A DNA stretch of 64,000 bases from an uncultured Candidatus Binatia bacterium (lineage in GTDB: Bacteria > Desulfobacterota > Binatia > UBA9968 > JAJDTQ01). Where the stretch lies: the NCBI GenBank assembly GCA_965215605.1, contig OZ244070.1, positions 3,296,001 through 3,360,000 of the forward strand, in the 5' to 3' direction. A program made the translations under genes and the position numbers. The notes below the pieces were generated by a model. It was not told the origin of the DNA. It did not search any database and saw nothing but the letters and a program-made list of their open reading frames with translations. Positions within the stretch are counted from its first letter, which is position 1. Each line of letters begins with the position of its first letter. This document shows positions 1 through 15,208 of the stretch, piece after piece.

Positions 1-2256
1 CATGTCGATGTGGTCGATGCCGAGGGATGACAGCGCATCCATGACCGCGTTGGCGATGGCCGGAGGGGCACCGTTGGTGCCGGCTTCGCCGACGCCCTTG
101 ACGCCCAGGGGATTGAAGGGGTTGGGGGTCTCGGTTTCGCCCAGCACCACGGGCGGCATGGTGCTGGCGCGGGGCACGGCGTAGTCCATGAGGGTTCCGG
201 TGCGGGGCTGGCCTTCCTCGTCGAAGACCATGTGCTCGCACAAGGCCTCGCCCAGGCCCTGGGCCAGGCCGCCGTGGACCTGGGCTTCGACGACCATGGG
301 ATTCAGGATGACGCCGATGTCGTCCACCAAGACGAGCTTCTCGATGGTCAGCTCGCCGGTGTCCGAATCGATGCGCACCAGCGCCACGTGGGCGCCGAAG
401 CCCCAGGCTTCGCGGTTGGGATCGAAGAAGGCGGTCTCGTTCAGGCCGGGGTCCATCCCGGCGGGAGTTCCCTTGGCGTAGGCCGCCCCGGCCACTTGGC
501 GCCAGGTCACGCTCCGTTCCGGCACGCCGGCCACGGCGAAGCCGCCCTCGGTCTGGACGACATCGTCCGGCGACGCTTCCATGAGGTTGCCGGCGATGGC
601 CTTGGCCTTGGTGACCACGCGGTCGGCGGCCGTGGCCAGGGCGCCGCCGCCCATGACCGCGCTCCGGCTGCCGAAGGTGCCGGTGCCCTGCTGGATGGCG
701 GTGGTGTCGCCGTGGCGCACCACTACGCTTTCCATGGGCACTTTCAATTTCTCGGCGGCCACCTGGGCCCACACCGTTTCGTGCCCCTGTCCGTGGGAGC
801 TGGAGCCCGTCAAGACCGTGATCTCGCCGGTGCGCTCCACCCGCACGGCGCCGCTCTCGAAGCCGGCGCCGCCGCTGGGCTCGGTAAAGGTGGAGATGCC
901 CACCCCCACCAGTTCGCCTCGCGCCCGCGCCTCGTCGCGGTCGCGAATCATCTGGTTGTAGTCGGACAGCCGCAGCGCTTCGGAGAGGGACTTCTCGTAG
1001 TCGCCGGAGTCGTACTCCACGCCCACGCCGGTGCGGTAGGGGAACTGGTCGGGCTGGATGTAGTTCTTGCGGCGAAGCTCCAGTGGGTCCATGCCGAGGT
1101 CCCGGGCGGCCTTGTCCGCCAGCCGCTCGATGTTGAGCACGGACTCCGGCCGGCCGGCGCCGCGGTAGGGGCCGGTGGGCACGGTGTTGGTGAAGGCCGA
1201 GACGATCTCCACCCGCACGTCCTGGATCCGGTAGCAGCCCGGGGCCATGACCAACATGCGCTGGGGCGGTCCGGCGGTGGCGGAGTGCAGGTAGGCGCCG
1301 AGGTTCGCCACCACCCGCACCTTGAGGCCGAGCATCCTGCCGTCCTTGCTGAGCGCCAACTCCGAGGTCATGGCCTGGTCGCGTCCCTGGCAGGTGGTGA
1401 GGAAGTCCTCGCTGCGGGTGGCCATCCACTTCACCGGCCGGCCCAGCTTCCGGGCCAGGTGGCACACCAGGATGTCCTCGCGGTAGACGCAGCCCTTGCT
1501 GCCGAAGCCTCCGCCCACGTCCGGAGCGATGACCCGGATGCGGTTCTCGGGGAATCCCAGCGAGTTGGCGATCTCCATCCGCGACCGGTGCGGCCCCTGG
1601 GTGGAGAGCCATACCGTCAGCTCGTTCCGGATCGGGTCGGCGTGGGCCAGCACCCCCCGTGCCTCCATGGACATGGCCACCAGCCTGGGGCTCTTCATGT
1701 GCAGCCGGGCGACGTGGTCCGCCTCGGCGAACACCTTGTCGACGTCGCCGTTCTCCCGCTTCATGGTGTAGCAGTGGTTGGTGCCCAGCTCCTCGTGGGC
1801 CAGCGGCGAACCGTCCTCCAGCGCGGCCTCGGCGTCGGTGACCACGGGCAGGGGGTCGTAGGTCACGCCGATGGCGGCGGCGGCGTCTTCGGCCAGGGCG
1901 CGGCTCTCGGCCACCACGGCCGCTATCGGTGCGCCCACCGCGTGGACGGCCCCGCGCGCCAGCACCGGATGCTCCGGCATATTCATGTCCGGCGTCAGCA
2001 TGGGCGCGCGCAGCGCCAGGTCGCCGGTGTCGTCGCCGGTGAGCACACACACCACTCCGGGCATGGCCGCGGCCTCGGCGGTGTCGATGGACAGGATCCG
2101 GGCGTGAGGGTGCGTGCTCCGGTGAACCGCCACGTGCAGGATGCCGGACAGCTTGACGTCGTCCACGTAGCATCCCTGGCCGGTGAGCAGGGGGGGGTCC
2201 TCCACCCGGCGGATGGATGCGCCGATCAGGTTCGTGCTCTCTTGTTCTGTGCTCAT
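1..2256 (-). CDS. Xanthine dehydrogenase family molybdopterin-binding large subunit (form II CoxL/CutL-like), 3' end truncated by window edge
   Basis: Not in the ORF track because no stop falls in the window. Read manually: ATG at 2256 with a GAGGA RBS, giving MSTEQESTNLIGASIRRVEDPPLLTGQGCYVDD..., then active-site loop TNTVPTGPYRGAGRPE and C-terminal NPLGVKGVGEAG...IANAVMDAL. Lies downstream of the S and M subunits. Confidence 0.9.
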   Translation of the reverse strand, partial: MSTEQESTNLIGASIRRVEDPPLLTGQGCYVDDVKLSGILHVAVHRSTHPHARILSIDTAEAAAMPGVVCVLTGDDTGDLALRAPMLTPDMNMPEHPVLARGAVHAVGAPIAAVVAESRALAEDAAAAIGVTYDPLPVVTDAEAALEDGSPLAHEELGTNHCYTMKRENGDVDKVFAEADHVARLHMKSPRLVAMSMEARGVLAHADPIRNELTVWLSTQGPHRSRMEIANSLGFPENRIRVIAPDVGGGFGSKGCVYREDILVCHLARKLGRPVKWMATRSEDFLTTCQGRDQAMTSELALSKDGRMLGLKVRVVANLGAYLHSATAGPPQRMLVMAPGCYRIQDVRVEIVSAFTNTVPTGPYRGAGRPESVLNIERLADKAARDLGMDPLELRRKNYIQPDQFPYRTGVGVEYDSGDYEKSLSEALRLSDYNQMIRDRDEARARGELVGVGISTFTEPSGGAGFESGAVRVERTGEITVLTGSSSHGQGHETVWAQVAAEKLKVPMESVVVRHGDTTAIQQGTGTFGSRSAVMGGGALATAADRVVTKAKAIAGNLMEASPDDVVQTEGGFAVAGVPERSVTWRQVAGAAYAKGTPAGMDPGLNETAFFDPNREAWGFGAHVALVRIDSDTGELTIEKLVLVDDIGVILNPMVVEAQVHGGLAQGLGEALCEHMVFDEEGQPRTGTLMDYAVPRASTMPPVVLGETETPNPFNPLGVKGVGEAGTNGAPPAIANAVMDALSSLGIDHIDM

Positions 2257-2316
2257 GGATCGTCCTCGACGAGTTGGACGCGCGTTGCGTCGAGCCCGAA
2301 GTCGTACGCGGAGGAA

Positions 2317-3180
2317 CTATGCCCGCGCCGCCGCGGTCTCGATGGCGCGCCGGGCGTAGACCACCGCCATGTGGCGCTTGTAGTCTTCGTCCGCGTAGGA
2401 ATCCGCGTGCGGATCGATGCCTTCCGCGGCCCGCGCGGCCGCCTCAGCCATCACCTCCGGCGTCAGCTCCTGCCCCGCAAGGGCCGCTTCCACGGCCGTC
2501 GCCCGGTGGGGCGTTCCGGCGACGCCGCCCAGCACCACCCGCGCGCCCGTGCAGGCGCCGGCGTCGTCCATCGACAGCGCCGCCGCCGCGCTCACCACCA
2601 CGTAGCCGGAGGCCGGGTGCGGCAGCTTGGCGTAGCTCGTCCGGGCAGGGGAGGACGGCAAGGGGATCCGTATGGCGGTCAGGATCTCGTGGGGCTCCAG
2701 GGCGGTGGTGAAGAAGTCCACGAAGAAGTCGTCCGCCGCCACGATTCGTTCGCTCTCGGATGAAGCGAGGACGAAAGAGGCGTCGAGGGCGGTCAGCGTC
2801 ACCGGCAGGTCTGCCGCCGGATCGGCATGGGCGACGCTGCCGCCCATGGTGCCGCGATTCCTGACCTGAAGGTCGCCGATGACCGAGGCGGTATCGGCCA
2901 GCCCGGGCAGCGACCGGCGCACTCTGTCCGATGTGCTCACCTCGGTATGGGTGGTGAGGGCGCCGATGACCAGCGTGCCGCCGTCCTCCCGGATGCCGCT
3001 CAGGCCGGCAATGTTCCGAAGGTCCACCAGGACCTCGGGCTGGGTCAGCCGGAGCTTCATGGCCGGGAGGAGACTGTGTCCCCCGGCCAACACCTTGGCG
3101 TCCTCGCCATGTTCCCGCAAGAGCCCGAACGCATCCTCGAGGGACCGGGGCGCGTGGTATCCGAAGCTAGCTGGATGCAT
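2317..3180 (-). CDS. FAD-binding medium subunit of Mo-hydroxylase (CoxM/CutM-like)
   Basis: Motifs [38 protein letters not shown]; start overlaps the stop of the small subunit. Confidence 0.93.
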   Translation of the reverse strand: MHPASFGYHAPRSLEDAFGLLREHGEDAKVLAGGHSLLPAMKLRLTQPEVLVDLRNIAGLSGIREDGGTLVIGALTTHTEVSTSDRVRRSLPGLADTASVIGDLQVRNRGTMGGSVAHADPAADLPVTLTALDASFVLASSESERIVAADDFFVDFFTTALEPHEILTAIRIPLPSSPARTSYAKLPHPASGYVVVSAAAALSMDDAGACTGARVVLGGVAGTPHRATAVEAALAGQELTPEVMAEAAARAAEGIDPHADSYADEDYKRHMAVVYARRAIETAAARA

Positions 3181-3661
3181 GCTGCCCCCTCATCTGATCG
3201 GCGGCCCAACGGATGGCCTTCACGATGTTGATGTATCCGGTGCAGCGGCACAGGTTTCCTTCCAGGGCGTGCTTGATGGCGTCGTCGTCGGGCTCGGGGT
3301 TGGTCTCCAGCAGGTGGGCGGCGGTCATCACCATGCCGGGCGTGCAGTAGCCGCACTGAAGCCCGTGCTGCTCCTGAAAGGCCTCCTGCACGGGGTGCAA
3401 TGCCGGTCCGTCCGCCATCCCCTCGATGGTGGTGATCTCGGCGCCGTCGGCCTGGGCCGCCAGCATCGTGCAGGACTTCACCGCCAGTCCGTTCACGTGC
3501 ACCGTGCACGCGCCGCACTGGCTGGTGTCGCAGCCCACGTGGGTGCCGGTGAGTCCCAGGTTCTCGCGCAGGAAGTGGACCAGTAGAAGCCGTGGCTCCA
3601 CCTCGGCCGCCCGCTCTTTGCCGTTGACAGTGACGTTGATGGGTAGTGCGGGGTGTTCCAT
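3167..3661 (-). CDS. (2Fe-2S)-binding small subunit of Mo-hydroxylase (CoxS/CutS-like)
   Basis: [12 protein letters not shown]...KSC and QCGYCTPG...GNLCRCTGY iron-sulfur motifs. Confidence 0.95.
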   Translation of the reverse strand: MEHPALPINVTVNGKERAAEVEPRLLLVHFLRENLGLTGTHVGCDTSQCGACTVHVNGLAVKSCTMLAAQADGAEITTIEGMADGPALHPVQEAFQEQHGLQCGYCTPGMVMTAAHLLETNPEPDDDAIKHALEGNLCRCTGYINIVKAIRWAADQMRGQHASS

Positions 3662-3714
3662 GGTTTCTCGCTTTGCCCCCTCCTGCCTTCGTCAAGGGTA
3701 CTGGTGACGCAGTG

Positions 3715-5016
<1,302 letters not shown>

Positions 5017-5103
5017 AAAGGATTTTCTTTGCGTGGGAGGTCGGTCCCGGGGGGGAACCGTTCACGGGTGCCGGTACACGGCTTCAGTCTGGTTTTGGGG
5101 ACC

Positions 5104-5140
5104 TGGCGGTCACCGTCCCTTTGCGGGAAGGAGACCGCCA
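5104..5140 (-). promoter_or_regulatory. Stem-loop in the intergenic leader of the DEAD-box helicase
   Basis: Minus strand TGGCGGTC...TCCC-GCAAA-GGGA...GACCGCCA: a perfect 8-bp outer stem plus an inner stem. Confidence 0.45.
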
Positions 5141-5170
5141 CGCCGGATTGTTAGCGCTGAATGGACTGTG

Positions 5171-5515
5171 TTACCAGCGGTTCGGCCTGCCCCCACCACC
5201 CGGCCGCCTGTTGCCGCCGCCACCACCGCCGCCGCCACCACCGCCACCGCCGAAGCCGGACCGTCTCTCTTGCGGGCGGGCCTCGTTAACCGTCAGCGTG
5301 CGGCCCTGAAGCTCCTTGCCGTTGAGGGCGTCGATGGCTTTCTGTCCGTCATCGCTCGAGCTCATCTCCACGAAACCGAAGCCGCGGGACTGGGCGGTAA
5401 ACTTGTCCGCGATGACTCTTGCGGACTCCACGGTCCCGTGCTCGGCGAATATCTCCTCGAGTTGGCTGTCGGTGACGGAATAGGGCAGACCGCCCACGTA
5501 CAATTTCTGGGTCAT
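5171..5515 (-). CDS. RRM-domain RNA-binding protein with glycine-rich tail (Rbp family)
   Basis: Start re-called at MTQKLYVGGL (GGAGG RBS); RNP2 LYVGGL, RNP1 RGFGFVEM, LTVNEARP, poly-Gly tail. Confidence 0.95.
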   Translation of the reverse strand: MTQKLYVGGLPYSVTDSQLEEIFAEHGTVESARVIADKFTAQSRGFGFVEMSSSDDGQKAIDALNGKELQGRTLTVNEARPQERRSGFGGGGGGGGGGGGGNRRPGGGGRPNRW

Positions 5516-5683
5516 GTTCTTCCTCCAATGGCTGAAACAAAAGAAAACCAGTCCGTTCGACCCTGGGAATCGGATCGCCGCGTTGGGCAAGAACATGCGT
5601 CTTTCACGGCACGCGATGAGTTTTTGCTTGGGACGAGGGTTTCGTCGGGCAGATTAGGCTGGACCACAGTTCGAATAGATGGG

Positions 5684-5712
5684 AGCTTAGCTGTATCCGG
5701 CGTCCGTGTCAA
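5684..5712 (-). promoter_or_regulatory. sigma70-type promoter for the RRM/DEAD-box genes
   Basis: TTGACA-17 nt-TAAGCT on the minus strand; implies a 5' UTR of about 160 nt. Confidence 0.7.
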
Positions 5713-5818
5713 CGGGACGGGCGCCTCGGTCGCAACGGCTCGTCGCGTCGCTACCGGTGATGACGCCGATAGTGAACCGGGGGCGAGCTCGGTAGACGGC
5801 TAAACGGCCGGCGCGGGA

Positions 5819-6010
5819 CTAGAGATCCTCGATAGGGGGTTGCGGACCAGGAACGATGTCGGCGATGTCGGGATCGACGTCGTCTTCGCGGTCGGGCCGG
5901 TCTTGCCGGGCTTCCCGGCGTTCGGCGCGCCGCCTGGCCTTCTCCTCCTTCTTCTCCTGTTTTGCGCGTTCCCGCTGCCGTTTGGCAAACGTGGTTCGTG
6001 GTTGGGCCAT
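5819..6010 (-). CDS. Small basic/acidic hypothetical protein (63 aa), likely leaderless
   Basis: MAQPRTTFAKRQRERAKQEKKEEKARRR...DPDIADIVPGPQP; charged helical N-terminus; a promoter sits immediately upstream. Confidence 0.75.
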   Translation of the reverse strand: MAQPRTTFAKRQRERAKQEKKEEKARRRAERREARQDRPDREDDVDPDIADIVPGPQPPIEDL

Positions 6011-6016
6011 TGCGCG

Positions 6017-6045
6017 ATTCTACCGCTTCTTGACGCGAACGCCAA
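6017..6045 (-). promoter_or_regulatory. sigma70-type promoter giving a leaderless transcript
   Basis: TTGGCG-17 nt-TAGAAT-6 nt-ATG(6010); no Shine-Dalgarno. Confidence 0.65.
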
Positions 6046-6089
6046 ACGCTTGACGCCGCCGCCCGGCAGTCCTCCTTCGCGCGCCGCGC

Positions 6090-6114
6090 GGACGGGCTGG
6101 AGAGCCCTCCCTAC
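6090..6114 (-). repeat. GTAG-type REP element
   Basis: Minus strand GTAG-GGAGGGCT-CTCC-AGCCCGTCC, an imperfect palindrome behind a GTAG tetranucleotide. Confidence 0.55.
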
Positions 6115-6211
6115 GACATCGCCAGCCCGTCGATGAACCCCGCGCCGGGGATCTTGCCGAGGTCCTCGGGCGAGATACGGATCTTGGATGAACGGCTGCC
6201 GGAACCATCCA

Positions 6212-8491
6212 TCAGTCGCCGGACTCCATCAGCCGGTACACCCGCTCGGGATTCATGGGCAGGTCATGGACCACGATGCCTGCGGCTTGCCTCAACGCGG
6301 CGGCGATGGCCGGCGCCACCGGCGCCAGGCCGCCCTCGGCCATGCCCTTGCTGCCGAAGGGGCCGGGGCCGTCCTGGTTCTCGATCAGCACGGACTCGAG
6401 CACCGCCGGCAGGTTTTTGAACCGTGGCAGGGCGTAGTCGATGGCGCTGGGGTTGAGCAGCAGCGCGCCGTCGAACACCTGCTCCTCGGTGAGGGTGTTG
6501 CCCATGCCGAACATGATCGAGCCCTGCTCCTGGCCCTCGCACCGGAGCGGGTGCATGGCCTGCCCGATATCGGCCGAGGAGACGTAGGTCAGGCAGCGCG
6601 CCCTGCCGGTTTCCGAATCCACCGCCATCACCGCGATGCCGGCGTTGATCTCCCAGGTGCGGATGTCGATGCGGTCGCGAGTGAGGGCCTTGTCCATGCC
6701 CCGGCCCACCAGCGTGCCGGTGGTGCGTTCCGCCAGTTCCTCCAGGTTCATCACCGGCTCGCCGTTGGCCGAGAATACCCCGTCGTCCAGAAAAAGGTCC
6801 TGAACGACCCGGTCGGTCAGCGCCGCGGCCTGTTGCAGCATAAGCTCCCGCAGTTCCTCCGACGCCCGCTTCACCGCGTTGCCCATGAGCACGGTGATGC
6901 GGCTGCCGTAGACGCCGGAGGCGCCGGGCGTGGTGCTGGTGTCGTAGGGGGCGATGGCGATCCGGTCGATGCCCACCCCGAGCGCCTCGGCCGCGGTCTG
7001 GGCCAGCACCGTCTTGGCCCCGCCGCCGATCTCCGGGGCGTTGGCGTGCACCGTGAAGGTGGCGTCGTCCTCGAACACGATCCGGGCGTTGTACTGGGTG
7101 GTGGAGAGATCCTTGATGGCGCAGGCCACCCCGGTGCCGATCTTCTCGCCGGGACGCGCCAGCGATTCGGGGGCACGGGTTTGGCGGGTCTTCTCGAAGA
7201 GATCCAGGCAGGCCGTCAGCGCCGCGTGGGGATTGCCGTCCAGCGGCGGCCCGCCGAGCACGTATTTCTCTCCGGCCCGCAGCAGGTTCTTGAGGCGGAA
7301 CTCGATGGGGTCGTAGCCGAGCTCGGCGCAGATGTGGTCGGTGTGGGCCTCGCAGGCCCAACCGAGCTGCACGCTGCCGATGCCGCGGAAAGCGCCGGCG
7401 GGCACCTTGTTGGTGTAGACCGAGTAGCAGTCGGCCCGGGCGTGGGCCACCCGGTAGGGTCCCACGGAGCGAAAGGCCGCCTTGCGCGTCACCTGGATGC
7501 CGAAGTCGGCGTAGGCGCCCGTGTCCAGGTAGATTTTCGCTTCCCGGCACAGCAGCGTGCCGTCCTCGCGCAGCCCGGTGCGGATGTCGATCTCGGCGGG
7601 ATGGCGCCGGGCGGTGAATGCGGTCTCCTCCATGGACATGCGGAGCTGCACCGGCTCCCCGCAGGCGGCCGACGCCAGGATCGCCAGGTGCTCGACGCCG
7701 ATATGGCCCTTGGCGCCAAATCCGCCGCCGACGTAAGGGACCTTCACCGTCACCTGATCCTGCTCGAGCCCGAACATGCGCGCCAGCTCGTCCCGCACCG
7801 GGAAGGGAGCCTGGGATGAGGTGTGGACGGTGACGGACTCGTCGTCCACCGTGGCCACGGCGCAGTGGGGTTCCATGGGATAGTGGAACAGCGACGGGAA
7901 GGAGAAATGGTCCTCGATGACGTGGGTCGCCTCGCGGAAGGCCTGCTCCGGGTCGCCGTGGACGAAGTGGGTGCCGCCGCAGTTGTTGCGGCCGTAGTCG
8001 TGGTCGAAGTCGCTTTCGCCCTCGCGGTCGTAGGCGGAGCCGGCGTCGTGCACCAGCGTGCCGCCCTCCATCGCCGACATCATCTCCGACACCTGGGGCA
8101 GCGGCGTGTACCGCACCTCCACCCGCGCCGCCGCCTCCACCGCCGCGGTCTCGCTGCCGGCCACCACGATGGCCACGGGCTCGCCCTGGAACCGCACCTT
8201 GTCGTGGGCCAGCACCGGCCGGTCCTTCACCGCCTGGCCGTACGGCTTGAGGGTGCGGAGGCACCCCAGCCGAGTGAAGTCGAGGCTGTCGTGCGTCAGG
8301 ATGACGCGAACGCCGGGGACCGCGCGCGCGTCTTCGAGGTCGAACCCGTCGATCCGCGCGTGCGCGTGGGGACTGCAGATGACCCTGGCGAATTTCATCC
8401 CCGGGATGGTGAGATCCGCCGTGTACACGGCGGCGCCGGTCACCTTTTCGTCCGCGTCGAGACTGCGTACCGATTGGCCCACGTATTTCAT
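6212..8491 (-). CDS. Stand-alone xanthine dehydrogenase family molybdopterin-binding subunit
   Basis: KVTGAAVYTADL, SPHAHARI, HYPMEPH, VGGGFGAK, AFRGIG, GSKGMAEGG; 759 aa; GGAG RBS. Confidence 0.92.
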   Translation of the reverse strand: MKYVGQSVRSLDADEKVTGAAVYTADLTIPGMKFARVICSPHAHARIDGFDLEDARAVPGVRVILTHDSLDFTRLGCLRTLKPYGQAVKDRPVLAHDKVRFQGEPVAIVVAGSETAAVEAAARVEVRYTPLPQVSEMMSAMEGGTLVHDAGSAYDREGESDFDHDYGRNNCGGTHFVHGDPEQAFREATHVIEDHFSFPSLFHYPMEPHCAVATVDDESVTVHTSSQAPFPVRDELARMFGLEQDQVTVKVPYVGGGFGAKGHIGVEHLAILASAACGEPVQLRMSMEETAFTARRHPAEIDIRTGLREDGTLLCREAKIYLDTGAYADFGIQVTRKAAFRSVGPYRVAHARADCYSVYTNKVPAGAFRGIGSVQLGWACEAHTDHICAELGYDPIEFRLKNLLRAGEKYVLGGPPLDGNPHAALTACLDLFEKTRQTRAPESLARPGEKIGTGVACAIKDLSTTQYNARIVFEDDATFTVHANAPEIGGGAKTVLAQTAAEALGVGIDRIAIAPYDTSTTPGASGVYGSRITVLMGNAVKRASEELRELMLQQAAALTDRVVQDLFLDDGVFSANGEPVMNLEELAERTTGTLVGRGMDKALTRDRIDIRTWEINAGIAVMAVDSETGRARCLTYVSSADIGQAMHPLRCEGQEQGSIMFGMGNTLTEEQVFDGALLLNPSAIDYALPRFKNLPAVLESVLIENQDGPGPFGSKGMAEGGLAPVAPAIAAALRQAAGIVVHDLPMNPERVYRLMESGD

Positions 8492-8738
8492 CGAGAGTGC
8501 TCCAGGATTGAGATGTGTCCTGCTTCTATAACCGACGCGCGATCATTTCGGAACCGCCCCGTGCGGCCGGGTGGAGAACCGGACCGCACGGTCCGAAAGC
8601 CGTTTTCGGGGCGTGGCGAAACGGTCCATACATTGATAGACTGTGGGAGATCGGCGGAACAAGCCGCCCACCCGCCTCAGTGCCGCGTTCGGAGAGATAC
8701 GCCTGGCCGCCCAAGCCGGCGGACCGCGTGACGTCTCC

Positions 8739-8767
8739 TTGACAAAAACGTGATAGCTGCTGAAACT
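8739..8767 (+). promoter_or_regulatory. Possible sigma70 promoter for gltBD
   Basis: TTGACA-17 nt-GAAACT, about 80 nt upstream of the gltB ATG; the -10 is imperfect. Confidence 0.4.
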
Positions 8768-8846
8768 CGGACCATTTTGTGGTATTCCGGCTTGTTCCGA
8801 ATATCGGGGAGACGGGCGCGGGCCGTCTCGCAGAGGGCTGTTCGCT

Positions 8847-13402
<4,556 letters not shown>

Positions 13403-13406
<4 letters not shown>

Positions 13407-13427
13407 GGGCGGGTGTCAAACCCGCCC
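13403..13427 (+). repeat. GTAG-type REP element overlapping the gltB stop codon
   Basis: GTAG-G-GGGCGGGT-GTCAA-ACCCGCCC in form (GTAGGGGCGGGTGTCAAACCCGCCC); perfect 8-bp stem; the TAG of GTAG is the gltB stop. Confidence 0.7.
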
Positions 13428-13472
13428 GTGTGCGGGCGGTACCCCGTTCGCAACAGCACCTCGATGCAAAGG

Positions 13473-13499
13473 GTAGGGGACGTTCAGTGGGACGTCCTC
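13473..13499 (+). repeat. Second GTAG-type REP element (different palindrome)
   Basis: GTAG-GGGACGTTC-AGTG-GGACGTCCTC, ending just before the gltD start. Confidence 0.6.
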
Positions 13500-13507
13500 G
13501 GGTTGTT

Positions 13508-15004
<1,497 letters not shown>

Positions 15005-15007
15005 CGT

Positions 15008-15037
15008 CGGACCGAACCCAGGTCCGTCCGTTTTCTT
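15008..15037 (+). terminator. Putative intrinsic terminator after gltD
   Basis: CGGACC-GAACCCA-GGTCCG stem followed by TCCGTTTTCTT. Confidence 0.4.
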
Positions 15038-15094
15038 CACGCAGACCCTCGCCTTCGGGGGAAACGATGCCTGAATGGGACGTTTGTTCTAACG

Positions 15095-15160
15095 GCTTTG
15101 TTTTATTGTGGAATTTTGAATACAAAAATGTTGACAAATTGAAGTTTGCATTGTAAATGC
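15095..15160 (+). promoter_or_regulatory. AT-rich promoter region of the giant surface-protein gene
   Basis: Sharp AT-rich island with a perfect TTGACA at 15131-15136; the -10 candidate (TGTAAAT/TAAATG) is imperfect. Confidence 0.5.
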
Positions 15161-15208
15161 GACGGTTTCCCCTGAGGTCGGGATGTTGATAACGGGGCAA
15201 AAGGATTT

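Noticed and set aside
2190-2197. G8 tract (and 7-8 nt G/C runs near 5048 and 24185) as phase-variation sites
   Set aside because: Short runs are expected in high-GC DNA, and the reading frames that contain them are intact.
232-2763. 843-aa plus-strand ORF and the many other long overlapping ORFs (e.g. 23294-27997 -, 10167-13241 -, 9212-12538 +)
   Set aside because: Antisense or off-frame shadows of real high-GC genes, with biased composition and no motifs.
1-3661. Bona fide aerobic CO dehydrogenase (coxMSL form I)
   Set aside because: The active-site loop is PYRGAGR, not AYXCSFR; gene order is S-M-L; no coxDEFG is seen in the window.
5190-5255. (CCG/CCA)n trinucleotide repeat
   Set aside because: Encodes the ordinary Gly-rich tail of the RRM protein.
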